45,187 nt of DNA, from contig CAZRJL010000002.1 in assembly GCA_964600645.1 (NCBI GenBank), positions 1 through 45,187 of the forward strand, written 5' to 3'. This stretch comes from an uncultured Bdellovibrionales bacterium. GTDB taxonomy: Bacteria; Patescibacteriota; Minisyncoccia; Moranbacterales; UBA9337. Positions 26,651 to 39,877 of the stretch are shown in pieces; the stretch's first letter is position 1; the number at the start of each line of letters is the position of its first letter. The notes beneath the pieces were generated by a model. That model worked only from the letters and a program-made list of their open reading frames with translations. It did no database searches and was not told the origin of the DNA. A program made the position numbers and the translations under genes.

Positions 26651-26980
26651 TTAAACAAAACTATTCAATTTCACGCCTTCTTTTTTTAATTTTTCATACA
26701 CATCTATCACATAATCAGAAGATATAGGCTCTTTACCGAAAAAAGCCCTGGCATCATCCGCACTCAAATCGGTTGCCATTCCCAAGCTCACCACTCCCAT
26801 TCTATTACGAGAAACAAAAACCAAGGTCGCCGTTTGACAATTCTGACAAGTCAAATGAAAAACTGTTCTGTCTCCGCTATCCTCTATCATTATTGTCCGC
26901 CTATGTTGATATTTCTTTCGACAAGCGGGGCACTCGATCAAATGTTTCAGGTTTTTTTCCATATTTTCCATATTCGCCAT
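26651..26980 (-). CDS. hypothetical zinc-ribbon protein
   Basis: 109 aa. CPACRKKY...CQNCQ. No family recognised. Confidence 0.5.
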   Translation of the reverse strand: MANMENMEKNLKHLIECPACRKKYQHRRTIMIEDSGDRTVFHLTCQNCQTATLVFVSRNRMGVVSLGMATDLSADDARAFFGKEPISSDYVIDVYEKLKKEGVKLNSFV

Positions 26981-27072
26981 TATAGCGGAAAAAACAAAAA
27001 ACGCAATCGCGCGCCACTCAAACAGCCTTTATCCAGAGTATCACTTTCTTGCCAAGCAGTCAAGCACGGTTA

Positions 27073-27699
27073 TTAATGATTCAAGAAAAATCCAGAAAGG
27101 ATTAATGTTCCGATAGCAACAATAACTACCGGCGCCAAAAATTCCAAAAAGCGAAATTTTTGCGTTATTCTGGAAAATTTGGAAGCCACAAAAAGAGAAA
27201 CCGCGCTACCAAAAATGAATCCGCATCCATAAGAGACAATTTTTATTGCCTCACTATTGGCAATGAAAATTGAAGATGTTACGACAAAATCATCGACGCT
27301 GTTAAAAGCATACAGAAAAAAAGAAAACATAAACAAATTCGCGCCTCTTTTCGTGTGAATATTGTTTTCCTCCGTTCTCTTTCCAGCTCTATTTTGAGCC
27401 AATCGCCTAATTTCGGAAAATCCAATCATCATCGGAATCAGCCCCGGAAGACGAAGAGCTATCGGATATTCCTCCAAATATTGACTAAAGTGGGAAAGAT
27501 AGGCGGCCAAAGAAACCAGCACGCCCACCGCAAAAAGATTACCAAAAAACATTAATACTTTTTCTTTATGGCTTTTCTTCTTGAATACTATCGACATAAA
27601 AAGCAAATCGTCAATTCCAGTACCATACCAAGTGACAAAACCTACTAAAAAAAACGATACTGCCACCTCTAATGAAAGTATGATTGCGTGATTTTCCAT
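27073..27699 (-). CDS. integral membrane protein, CadD-like transporter family (tentative)
   Basis: 208 aa, about 5-6 TM helices. GTGIDDLLFMSIVF and NSVDDFVV motifs resemble CadD-type repeats. From memory only. Confidence 0.45.
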   Translation of the reverse strand: MENHAIILSLEVAVSFFLVGFVTWYGTGIDDLLFMSIVFKKKSHKEKVLMFFGNLFAVGVLVSLAAYLSHFSQYLEEYPIALRLPGLIPMMIGFSEIRRLAQNRAGKRTEENNIHTKRGANLFMFSFFLYAFNSVDDFVVTSSIFIANSEAIKIVSYGCGFIFGSAVSLFVASKFSRITQKFRFLEFLAPVVIVAIGTLILSGFFLNH

Positions 27700-27725
27700 T
27701 TTATTTTATTTTATTTTTATAAAAA

Positions 27726-28841
27726 TCAATAAGACTGCATTACCGGCAAGTCTGATCCTTTTTCACCCTTTAATTGAATATTTATCAAAATTCCCACAGC
27801 GGCAAAAATACTCACCAAAGAACTTCCTCCGTAGCTGAGAAATGGCAAAGGAATTCCCGTAACCGGCATTATTCCGATATTCATTCCGATATTTACCAAG
27901 ATTTGCAAAAAGAACATTATCATAATTCCAACAGCAATCAAATATCCAAAATTATCTTTGGAGTTTATGGCTATTTTTTTTATCCGATAAAAAATAACTC
28001 CGAACAAAAACAAAACAAGAAAAGCTCCCCAAGTTCCAAGCTCCTCGACAATCACCGCAAAAATAAAATCAGTGTGTTTTTCCGGTAAAAAATTTAGTTG
28101 GGATTGGGATCCGTGTCCGATGCCCTTGCCAGTCATCCCTCCGCTGCCAACCGCCACAATTGATTGGATTACATTATATCCGCTTCCCTGAGGATCTGAC
28201 TGCGGATTGAAAAGATTTTCCAGTCTTTCTTTTTGATAAGGAGCCAAAAAGAACCACCCAAATGCAGCAATAAAAATTCCGAGAAAAAACAAAATGGCTA
28301 GATTCCTTCTGCTAATCCCGGAAAGTAATGTCATTCCAATCCAAATGCCCGAAAGAATCATCGCGCTCCCAAAATCAGGCTGTTTGATAACCAAAAAAAT
28401 CATTATTAAGGACAGAACCAAGGAAGTAACAATTTTGGTTATCTCCCCCAATTCCATCCTCTTAGCTGAAAAAAAACTTGCTAAAAAAATTATCAATGAA
28501 AGTTTGGAAACTTCCACCGGCTGAATATGAAAGGGTCCCACGCCTATCCATCCGGAAGTTCCTCGAATACTCACACCAAAAAAAATAACTGCCAGTAAAA
28601 TCCCCAAAGTAATAAAATATACGGCGTTTCCGTATGATCTGAAATAATGATAATCAATGATCGAAAAAAAAATTGCCACCACCACCGCAATAAAAGAAAA
28701 CAATATTTGCTTGGAAAAAATACTCATTTCCACTCCCTGCTTGGCGGTGGAAATACTATACAAAGCCAATAGACCAAGACCTAAGAGTAGTGCGGCGGAT
28801 ACCGCCAAAGTCCAGTCTATTTTTAAAAGCTTGTTTGTCAT
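27726..28841 (-). CDS. SEDS-family peptidoglycan polymerase (FtsW/RodA)
   Basis: 371 aa, about 10 TM helices. QPVEVSKL, KQPDFGSA, PEKHTDFIFAVI, GIPLPFLSYGGSS. Confidence 0.9.
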   Translation of the reverse strand: MTNKLLKIDWTLAVSAALLLGLGLLALYSISTAKQGVEMSIFSKQILFSFIAVVVAIFFSIIDYHYFRSYGNAVYFITLGILLAVIFFGVSIRGTSGWIGVGPFHIQPVEVSKLSLIIFLASFFSAKRMELGEITKIVTSLVLSLIMIFLVIKQPDFGSAMILSGIWIGMTLLSGISRRNLAILFFLGIFIAAFGWFFLAPYQKERLENLFNPQSDPQGSGYNVIQSIVAVGSGGMTGKGIGHGSQSQLNFLPEKHTDFIFAVIVEELGTWGAFLVLFLFGVIFYRIKKIAINSKDNFGYLIAVGIMIMFFLQILVNIGMNIGIMPVTGIPLPFLSYGGSSLVSIFAAVGILINIQLKGEKGSDLPVMQSY

Positions 28842-28855
28842 AACTTATTTAAAAT

Positions 28856-29668
28856 TCATTCCTCTATGTGTCTTCCAGTGAGATAGCCCTGAATAAAGTT
28901 ATCAGCATCATACACATCAGCCTCCGCCTCCGCTTCAAAATTCCTTACGGAAAAATCAAAGCGATACGGCCAAGTAACGCGAAACTCACGTTCTTCTCCG
29001 GATTTTATGGTATTTAGAACCGAAGTATTCACTGCAACAACATTTCCCTGCTCACTTCTAAGCACGATGTTGATTTTAATTGAACCAAAATCGAAATAAC
29101 TTTCATTGCGCATAAGCCCTACCGCCTCGGCAACAAAAGCACCTCCTTCTGAATCGCTAAAGCGTTTGCTATAAATCCCGAGCGCCGGCTCTTCATATCC
29201 GGAAAATTCTTCCCACCGCTCACTGAAAATTTTAACTTCCAATTCGACGGGAGTTTGATTTGATTCCATGTTAGTCTCAATGACATATTTCGTTTCATAG
29301 GGCAAAATAAAGCCCGACCCTCTCTTTTCTCCGATAACATTACCGCCAGAATCTTTCAAAATAAAATTGTATTCAAAAGAAGAGCTTCCATATTGATGAT
29401 TGGGATTTTTTATCTTGGCAAAAGCATCAAATTTATTATTCCCTCCATAAACAAACCCGCTTTCAACTATTTCAATTTCATCGACTGAAATTTCTTGGAT
29501 GCACGCCGCACACACTCCTCCGCAATCCACCTGTTCCTCGTTTTGATTGGCAATTCCGTCGCTACACGTGGGTTTTGGCTGTAAAAATTTATAAACAGAA
29601 AAAACAATAATCAAAAAAAACGACAGATAAATTGAAATTATGATAGTTCTTTTGATTGCGCTTGACAT
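28856..29668 (-). CDS. membrane-anchored hypothetical protein with CGGxCxxC module
   Basis: 270 aa. N-terminal TM helix, then TCSDGIANQNEEQVDCGGVCAAC. The remainder looks beta-rich. Confidence 0.6.
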   Translation of the reverse strand: MSSAIKRTIIISIYLSFFLIIVFSVYKFLQPKPTCSDGIANQNEEQVDCGGVCAACIQEISVDEIEIVESGFVYGGNNKFDAFAKIKNPNHQYGSSSFEYNFILKDSGGNVIGEKRGSGFILPYETKYVIETNMESNQTPVELEVKIFSERWEEFSGYEEPALGIYSKRFSDSEGGAFVAEAVGLMRNESYFDFGSIKINIVLRSEQGNVVAVNTSVLNTIKSGEEREFRVTWPYRFDFSVRNFEAEAEADVYDADNFIQGYLTGRHIEE

Positions 29669-29740
29669 AGTTTTTGGTAAAAAATTTATCTCTTTCTTTA
29701 TTTTACAAAAAAAACAGAAAAATAGCCAGCGGTATTTTTC

Positions 29741-29770
29741 AAAACAAAAACTCCGACGTTACGTCAGAGT
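29741..29770 (-). terminator. terminator of the 23S-5S operon
   Basis: Minus strand: CTCTGACGTAACGTCGGAG hairpin followed by TTTTTGTTTT. It belongs to the TCCGAC hairpin family. Confidence 0.6.
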
Positions 29771-29779
29771 TTTCAATAA

Positions 29780-29902
29780 ATTGCATTGTCTTGGCGGCGA
29801 CCTACTTTCCTCCGAATAAACGGGGTATCATTGGAGCTGAAGGGCTTAACTTCTGAGTTCGAGATGGGATCAGGTGTACCTCCTTCGCAAAAACCACCAA
29901 GA
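29780..29902 (-). rRNA. rrf: 5S rRNA
   Basis: Minus strand: ...CCTGATCCCATCTCGAACTCAGAAGTTAAGC..., with terminal helix CTTGGTGG/CCGCCAAG. Confidence 0.9.
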
Positions 29903-30088
29903 CGATGCAATCTATTCTTCGCATAGCGTAGAATATGAAGCACATAACACAAAGCTGTGATGGAAAAAATTTCCCTTGCTTCATATTTCATGCTTCATAT
30001 TCTATGAATAAAATGTAAAGTAACTATTAACTGTTAACTCGCGGCGTAATGCACACTATAGTGGATGCACTAAACCAAAAAAATAAAT

Positions 30089-33096
<3,008 letters not shown>

Positions 33097-33526
33097 ATTT
33101 TACTTTTTATTTAAGTTAACAGTTAATAATCACCTTTCGGAAAAAATTAACCGTCTTAGTTAAATTGCATTTATTTTACCTACATTTTATCTATTTTTTC
33201 CATCGCCTCGTTTTCCCGCTCGCCATAACAAAGACAATAAAAAAACATAGATGCTCGTTGATATTCTGTTTTCAAGTTTCAAACTTATGCGGAAAATTTT
33301 TCATACTATATATATTTTTGCATATAATAATATAGAATATTTCAGCATATTTTTTTCACCAAACCTCCAATTGACAAACAAAAAACTCGCCTATTGCGAG
33401 AAATATCTCTAACAAAACATTTTTGTTAAATATTTCACCCGCCCCTTTTATTCACTTTTGCGATTAATTTCTTAATCAGATTTTTATTTTGATTAAAGTT
33501 ATATTTACAATCTAAACCGCTATGAC

Positions 33527-33554
33527 ATAATAGCAAATCATAAAATCCTGTCAA
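33527..33554 (-). promoter_or_regulatory. candidate rRNA operon promoter
   Basis: Minus strand: TTGACA (33554-33549), 16-nt spacer, TATTAT (33532-33527). About 430 nt upstream of the mature 23S 5' end. Confidence 0.45.
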
Positions 33555-33609
33555 GCCCCCACCCCTTTGCCCGAAAATATCCCCCGAATAACCTTTTACT
33601 ATTTGGAAT

Positions 33610-34629
33610 TTACAGTCCGTTTTTTACTTTATTGGCGTTGTGTTCTTCGAGAGTGCGGGCAAAGACCGTCTCTCCTGTTTGGGGATTGGAAAGAAAATAA
33701 TTGTAATCCGTCGAGGTTGGATAAATCGCCGCGGAAATTGCACTGAGTCCCGGATTGGAAATCGGACCCGGTGGAAGTCCCGGATTTTGATAAGTGTTGA
33801 AAGGCGAATCAACTTGCGTGTCGGCGTAGGAATATTGTTTTTTATTTTCTCCAAGAATATATGCCAGCGTAGCGCAGCTTTGCAAGGGCTGTCCAGATTT
33901 GATACGGTTCCAAAAAATTCCACTCACCAATTTGCGGTCATCTTGCGAGCGTACCTCGCTTTCAATAATACTTGCCATCGAAATAATTTCATACAAACTT
34001 TTTCCTTGATTTTTGATTTCCAAAATCATCTCCGGCGAAACTTTGCGCTTGAAATTGTCTAACATTTTCTTGATAACCATCTCGGCACTCGCATCCTTAG
34101 TGAAAAAATAGGTATCCGGAAAAAGATATCCTTCAAGATCATAGCCACTTGGAATATCACTCAGAAAGGCATATCCATATTTTTCGCCAAAATATTTCGG
34201 ATCTTTGGAAAGCGCTTCAAATTCATCCGCCGGCAAATTGTTGTTTTTTAATCTTTCGGCTATTTTCGAATTTCTCCAACCTTCAGGAATAGTAATTTTT
34301 ATTTGATTGTCTTCTTTTTTGGTGGTTATCAATAACGCAATTTCCGGAATAGTAAGATTGGAAGAAATCACATAATCGCCAGCAATTATTCTCCCGCGCA
34401 AATCCTGCTTCCAAAGATAAAAAACAAACAGCTTGCCGCCGGATATCAATCCTTCGCGTTCAAGATTTTCTCCGATTTCCATAGCATCTGATCCTTTTTC
34501 TATTGTGAAATATTTTTCTCCGGAAAAACTTCCGTGCGAAAAACTCATTTGATTTTGCAAATAAAAAAATCCTCCCGCCGCCGCAAGAATAATCAAAAAA
34601 ACAAAAAAAATATTTTTAATCATTGCCAT
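33610..34629 (-). CDS. mltG: endolytic murein transglycosylase MltG (YceG-like)
   Basis: 339 aa. N-terminal TM helix, then MASIIESEVR, LQSCATLAYILG, SPFNTYQNPGLPPGPISNPG. Confidence 0.9.
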   Translation of the reverse strand: MAMIKNIFFVFLIILAAAGGFFYLQNQMSFSHGSFSGEKYFTIEKGSDAMEIGENLEREGLISGGKLFVFYLWKQDLRGRIIAGDYVISSNLTIPEIALLITTKKEDNQIKITIPEGWRNSKIAERLKNNNLPADEFEALSKDPKYFGEKYGYAFLSDIPSGYDLEGYLFPDTYFFTKDASAEMVIKKMLDNFKRKVSPEMILEIKNQGKSLYEIISMASIIESEVRSQDDRKLVSGIFWNRIKSGQPLQSCATLAYILGENKKQYSYADTQVDSPFNTYQNPGLPPGPISNPGLSAISAAIYPTSTDYNYFLSNPQTGETVFARTLEEHNANKVKNGL

Positions 34630-34632
34630 ATA

Positions 34633-35286
34633 TTATTGCGATTTAACGATAAATGGAACAAAAACGAAACCGGGAAATTCTTCCACATAAAAATCATTGT
34701 CCGATTTTTTTTCCACGTAACAAATACTATTATGAACAGGGATAACCATCTTCCCTCCAATTTTCAATTGCTCCTTGAGCGCTTGCGGAATTTCTTCCAC
34801 TTCGGCGGAAACCAAAATTCGATCATATGGCGCATTTTTAGAAAAACCATCAACAGCATTAATACACTGAAAATCTATAGAATATTTTTTCAGAAAATCA
34901 AATTTCCCAATATTATCTTTTCCGATTTGACACAATTCCAAGATTCTTTCCAATGCTGTAACCATCCCCTTTTCCCCAGAGATACAAGCCAAAATCGCCG
35001 TTGTCCATCCGCTTCCACTGCCTACATCCAAAATATTTTGACCTTCTGTTGGATCCAAAAGTTCCAACATAATCGCCACAGTTGTCGGTTGGGAAATTGT
35101 CTGCCCGTATCCAATCGGGAGCGGAATATCCGCCTCTGCCTCACCCACCATATCCGAAGGAACAAACTCAGCCCTGTTAACCTCGGAAAACGCTCGGATA
35201 ATATTGTCCGATTTCAAAATTCCTTTCTGAATCAAATTATTTGCCAATCTGTTCATATTATATAATTTCACAAAAAATGCCAACAA
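34633..35286 (-). CDS. pcm: protein-L-isoaspartate O-methyltransferase
   Basis: PIGYGQTISQPTTVAIMLELL and ILDVGSGSGWTTAILA. Alternative start at 35256. Confidence 0.9.
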   Translation of the reverse strand: MLAFFVKLYNMNRLANNLIQKGILKSDNIIRAFSEVNRAEFVPSDMVGEAEADIPLPIGYGQTISQPTTVAIMLELLDPTEGQNILDVGSGSGWTTAILACISGEKGMVTALERILELCQIGKDNIGKFDFLKKYSIDFQCINAVDGFSKNAPYDRILVSAEVEEIPQALKEQLKIGGKMVIPVHNSICYVEKKSDNDFYVEEFPGFVFVPFIVKSQ

Positions 35287-35329
35287 AAAAACACTCCTGC
35301 CAAATACTCGCTTTTTTTATTAAAAATGA

Positions 35330-35770
35330 TTATATTCCTATCACTTGAATCATCATATCTCTTTTTCTAGCGCCGTCCAGTTCCACCGCAAAAATACTTT
35401 GTTTTTCATTAAGCATTGCTTTTCCTTTTTCTATTGGGATATTCTCACTCACACCAAGCAACATCGACTTGCAATGAGAATGCCCATTGCTTCTGCCGTC
35501 CGCTTTCACATTTTTTCGAAGCTCAAAAAGGTCATGCGAATACTGATCATCTACCGGAACCAATTTGTATAAAATTCGCATAAAATCCTGCACTAGCATC
35601 GGCTCGTTATGATTAATCACCACTCCCATCGTCGTGTGCGGAGAATAAACCAGAACTTGCCCCTCGCGAATTCCGCTATGGTCGATCACCTCCTGAACCT
35701 GATCAGTGATATCTATAAACTCAATCTGATGCGTACTTTCCAATTTTATTTTTTGTTTTTGTATTTTCAT
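35330..35770 (-). CDS. yjbQ: YjbQ/UPF0047 family protein (secondary thiamine-phosphate synthase)
   Basis: 146 aa. SPHTTMGVVINHNEP and GHSHCKSMLLGVSENIPI. Confidence 0.85.
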   Translation of the reverse strand: MKIQKQKIKLESTHQIEFIDITDQVQEVIDHSGIREGQVLVYSPHTTMGVVINHNEPMLVQDFMRILYKLVPVDDQYSHDLFELRKNVKADGRSNGHSHCKSMLLGVSENIPIEKGKAMLNEKQSIFAVELDGARKRDMMIQVIGI

Positions 35771-35877
35771 AATTTATCTGCGAATTACGAATTCGTACGC
35801 CTGTCCGCCTTTGGCGGAAATATACGAACCGAAACTCAATTATTTGACTTAAAAAACATTTTTATAATTATTAAAAA

Positions 35878-37020
35878 TTACTTAAATACTCCCGCCACCG
35901 CTTTCATAGCTCTTTTGTCGAGTGCTAATGGTATTATTTTACCACTGTTTGGTTTTTTTACCAAAGCTGCCAGCGCTTTGGCGGCTTTGACCTTGTGATT
36001 ATCGGTAATATTTTTCACTCGCGCATCAAACGCTCCGCGAAAAATTCCCGGAAAAGCCAGCACGTTATTGATTTGATTCGGATAATCGGATCTTCCTGTT
36101 GCAATAATATAAGCTCCGCCTTTTTTTGCCTCCTCAGGCATAATTTCCGGAATAGGATTACTCATCGCAAAGACAATCGCCTTCTTATTCATTCTAGAAA
36201 TATCCGCGTGTTTCAAAATGTTCGGGGCGCTCACGCCGATAAAAACATCCGCTCCGGAAAGCGCATCCCGCACCGTCCCTTGAATATTTTCCGGATTGGT
36301 TATTTTAGCAATTTCCATTTTCGCATCATTAAGTCCCCCCGGACGCTCTTTGAAAATTATTCCCTGACTATCGATCATCAAAATATTTTTCGCGCCGCAT
36401 TTGACAAGCAATTTCATTATTGCCGTTCCCGCCGCACCCGCTCCGGAAATCACAATTTTAATTTTTTTGATATTTTTCCCGACTACCTTGAGAGCATTAA
36501 TAAGTCCCGCCAAAACCACAATTGCCGTTCCATGCTGGTCATCGTGAAAAACCGGAATATTCAATTCTTTTTTCAGTCTTTCTTCAATTTCAAAACATCG
36601 CGGCGCGCTGATATCTTCTAAATTTATTCCTCCAAAAGTCAGTGCAATCGCTTTCACGGTCTTGATTATTTCTTCCGTATCTTGCGTATCCAAAACTATC
36701 GGAAATGCATCCACGCCGCCCAGTTCCTTGAAAAGCAAAGCCTTGCCCTCCATCACCGGCAACGCTCCAATCGCCCCCAAATTTCCCAGTCCCAAAACCG
36801 CCGACCCATCGGAAACCACCGCCACGGTATTTTTGCGGATTGTATATTCAAAAGCCAACTTTTTATTTTTCGCCACCGCTTTGGAAACCTCCGCTACTCC
36901 GGGAGTATACAAAACCGCCAGATTTTCCTTGGTCAATTTAAGTTTCGAACAAACCTCAACCTTTCCCCCGATTTTTTTTGAGAGTTGAATTGATTTATGC
37001 ATAAAATTCCCACCAGACAC
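35878..37020 (-). CDS. NAD(P)-dependent malic enzyme (short form)
   Basis: LAVLYTPGVA, VVSDGSAVLGLGNLG, FHDDQHGTAIV, ISGAGAAG. The likely start is MHKSIQ (37002). Confidence 0.9.
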   Translation of the reverse strand: MSGGNFMHKSIQLSKKIGGKVEVCSKLKLTKENLAVLYTPGVAEVSKAVAKNKKLAFEYTIRKNTVAVVSDGSAVLGLGNLGAIGALPVMEGKALLFKELGGVDAFPIVLDTQDTEEIIKTVKAIALTFGGINLEDISAPRCFEIEERLKKELNIPVFHDDQHGTAIVVLAGLINALKVVGKNIKKIKIVISGAGAAGTAIMKLLVKCGAKNILMIDSQGIIFKERPGGLNDAKMEIAKITNPENIQGTVRDALSGADVFIGVSAPNILKHADISRMNKKAIVFAMSNPIPEIMPEEAKKGGAYIIATGRSDYPNQINNVLAFPGIFRGAFDARVKNITDNHKVKAAKALAALVKKPNSGKIIPLALDKRAMKAVAGVFK

Positions 37021-37046
37021 GTAAGATAAATACGTCTTACGCGTCT

Positions 37047-37976
37047 TTATTTTTTATTGATTTTTAATTTCTTATATACGCTTCCTGCCGCTACTGCGCC
37101 TTCGGCGACGGCAGTAATAATTTGGCGGAATTTGTTTGATCCGGTCGTCACATCGCCGGCGGCAAAAACATTTTCCACATTTGTTGCCTGTGTTTGGTCA
37201 ACGATAATATAGCTTTGCTCATCCAGGGCTACGTTCAGGCCTTGCGCGATCGCCACTCCGGGTGTGGTTCCTACTTCAATGAAAACTCCCTGCACGGACA
37301 ACTCCTTTTCTACTCCATCAATATCCAGTACAATTCCGGAAACCTTCGCATCTCCTTTGATTTCTTTTACGCCGCTCATTTTTATCTTTTCTATTTTTCC
37401 GCTTTTTTCAATTTGTTCGTCCCAAGAAGGCTCCCAATTATATGCGTCGCGATAAACCAAATAAACTTTATTGGAAAATTCAATCAAATGGATCGCCGCT
37501 GTTGCCGCCGCATCTCCCCCGCCAATTACAATCACGTCTTTTTCTCGAAAAAACATCGCGTCACAAGTCGCGCAATATGACACTCCTTTTCCGACAAATT
37601 TGTCCTCTCCGGGAACATTCATTTTTCGCGCCTTCATTCCCAATGCCAAAATCAAACCCTTTGCAGAATATTTCTCCGCTCCGACAGAAACCTCGAAACC
37701 TTCTTCATTTTTCGAAACCGAAGAAACATCCGCCTGAACAATTTTCACTCCCAGATGACGCGCGTGATGCTCGAATTTTTCCATCAAAGTTTTTCCGGGA
37801 ATGGAAACCTCTCCCGCCCAATTCTCAATTTCCGAAGCCTCCACGACTTGCCCGCCAATTTCATTACCGATAATAATATGATCCAGTTTATACCTCGAAG
37901 CATAAATCGAAGCCCCCAGCCCCGCCGGCCCCGCACCAATAATAATCAAATCATAAATTTTCTTTTCATTTTCCAT
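37047..37976 (-). CDS. trxB: thioredoxin-disulfide reductase
   Basis: 309 aa. IIGAGPAG, redox motif CATCD, and GGGDAA for the second dinucleotide fold. Confidence 0.9.
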   Translation of the reverse strand: MENEKKIYDLIIIGAGPAGLGASIYASRYKLDHIIIGNEIGGQVVEASEIENWAGEVSIPGKTLMEKFEHHARHLGVKIVQADVSSVSKNEEGFEVSVGAEKYSAKGLILALGMKARKMNVPGEDKFVGKGVSYCATCDAMFFREKDVIVIGGGDAAATAAIHLIEFSNKVYLVYRDAYNWEPSWDEQIEKSGKIEKIKMSGVKEIKGDAKVSGIVLDIDGVEKELSVQGVFIEVGTTPGVAIAQGLNVALDEQSYIIVDQTQATNVENVFAAGDVTTGSNKFRQIITAVAEGAVAAGSVYKKLKINKK

Positions 37977-38237
37977 AGTTCTGTTTTTTAACTTTTTAAT
38001 ACATTACCCAATAATACTAACATTTCAGAAGCAAAATTCCAAATAAAAAAACAAACGCATTATGTCCGTCCGCCTTTAGCGAAATATGTTTAATAATATG
38101 TTTATGAAAATTTTTAGAAATTTTCCCAAACAGTCCGGTTACGATCCTCCGTTCTCTTGACTTTTCAACGAATTTAACATAATCTTAAAAATCAATTGAA
38201 GTTCTTTTGCTAAAAACAAACCGGCGAGGTGCTAGTT

Positions 38238-38762
38238 ATGAAGATACTGATTTGCGGCATCGGAATCGTCGGGAAAAGCAGTTTCCGACGGAGGCTATAC
38301 TCATTTCTTTCGAATTTGTGTCGCGTCAACCATTATGATGCTGACAAATTTAATGAGGCAAGATGTGCAGAAGATAGAAACTGCACATTGACAAAAGCCG
38401 ACATTCTTATTATCGAAGATGTACATGGAACGGATAATGAGGCAATTTTTCCACTTTCCGACTATGATATAATTTTTTATATTAAGGCTGGCGCTTTTTC
38501 CCACGTCCTTTTTCATTTTTCTAGAATGTGGCAATGGTTTCGATCAGGAAAATTCGCATGGGATCGAAACATAGAAAAATGGAAGGGCACAGGAAAATCC
38601 TATGATCTCTCTAATGCCATCCCGATTTTTCAAGAATTCTTTCGAGACATGAAAAATCAAAAAAAATGGCTCCGAGAAGATTTGGACACCCTAAAAGAAC
38701 ACAAGCACCAAATCATTCTGTCCAGATGGAGTCTCAATGGACCAAAATGGATAATCAAATAG
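38238..38762 (+). CDS. P-loop NTPase, unknown family
   Basis: MKILICGIGIVGKSS (Walker A) and ADILIIEDVHG (Walker B-like). GAGGTG SD sequence 6-7 nt upstream of the ATG at 38238. Candidate promoter TTGACT at about 38157. Plus strand. I could not place the rest of the protein. Confidence 0.55.
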   Translation: MKILICGIGIVGKSSFRRRLYSFLSNLCRVNHYDADKFNEARCAEDRNCTLTKADILIIEDVHGTDNEAIFPLSDYDIIFYIKAGAFSHVLFHFSRMWQWFRSGKFAWDRNIEKWKGTGKSYDLSNAIPIFQEFFRDMKNQKKWLREDLDTLKEHKHQIILSRWSLNGPKWIIK

Positions 38763-38792
38763 TCATCGCCCAGAAAAAGGAGATGACTATTT

Positions 38793-39788
38793 TTAATTTA
38801 ATTCTAAAATATTTTTTATTTTTTCCTTATCCCTATTCAATAATCCCAATAATCCACTTTCAGAAATAGAATGCCAAGCAAATTTTTCATCCTCCTTATC
38901 TCTAGTGGCTTCAATATATCTCATACAAAACGAGATAGATCTTTCCAAGATAGCAAATCTGATTGCATTAAATAAATATTCTTTTTCCACTTTGGTAATT
39001 TTTCTTTCTTCTTCATATCCACTAATAAGTGTTTTAAATTTTTTATTATTCCATTTTCTCCAATTATTAGAAAAACACCATCCGCGACAAGCCTGCCCCA
39101 AATCCAAAACAAGCCTTCCGTAATACGCCCTGTCAAAATCCAAAAATCCTTCTATTTCATTATCTTTCCAGATAACATGGCGCTTTCCAAGATCCTCATG
39201 AATCATTCCGGATGGCAATATTCCCGGAAAAGAAATACTGCTTAATTCTTTCTCTATTTTTAAAACAAACTTTTCTTTATTTTCAAAATTACTGATTAAA
39301 ATAAATTTCTTATTTAACAAAAAATTCTTTTTTGTTTTTTGTAAATCCCAAATGTGCTCTCGCTTATATCTAGTTTGATAATTTTCAATTAAATTATGAA
39401 AACGACCAAGACAAACTCCCAATTTTTTAATATCTGAATTATTTGGATTCAACTTTGCCCTTCCTTCTCCATATATCCTAATATATCCAAAATGCTTTTT
39501 CCATGAGATAAGAAATTCTTTATTTCTATCGCAAATAAGAGGAAAGACAGGAAAATCATTTTTTCTCAAATATTCAAGCAATTCTATCTCTGCTAATATC
39601 TCCTTTTCTGATCGCCACCGAGGACCAAAGGGAGAAAGTCTTAGGAAAAATTTTCCTTTACTACTTATTATCAAATATGCGAAATTTCCGCTCGTTTTTA
39701 CTTGATTTATTTTGACAATTTTTCCCAAATTAAAATCATTTAACAATTCCAAGATATCATGATTAGAAATAATTTGTTTTTTGAACAT
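38793..39788 (-). CDS. APH/choline-kinase-fold phosphotransferase family protein
   Basis: 331 aa. Catalytic loop MIHEDLGKRHVIW and metal-binding FLDFDRAYYG. Very AT-rich. Confidence 0.7.
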   Translation of the reverse strand: MFKKQIISNHDILELLNDFNLGKIVKINQVKTSGNFAYLIISSKGKFFLRLSPFGPRWRSEKEILAEIELLEYLRKNDFPVFPLICDRNKEFLISWKKHFGYIRIYGEGRAKLNPNNSDIKKLGVCLGRFHNLIENYQTRYKREHIWDLQKTKKNFLLNKKFILISNFENKEKFVLKIEKELSSISFPGILPSGMIHEDLGKRHVIWKDNEIEGFLDFDRAYYGRLVLDLGQACRGWCFSNNWRKWNNKKFKTLISGYEEERKITKVEKEYLFNAIRFAILERSISFCMRYIEATRDKEDEKFAWHSISESGLLGLLNRDKEKIKNILELN

Positions 39789-39851
39789 AAAATATATTTA
39801 TTTAACTGACTTCATTTATTGTTCAATTCTACACCTTCCAATCAAAAAAAC

Positions 39852-39877
39852 AAAAACCCGCATTAGAGCGGGTTTTT
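39852..39877 (-). terminator. terminator after trxA
   Basis: AAAAACCCGC-ATTAGA-GCGGGTTTTT; bidirectional in shape. Confidence 0.65.
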
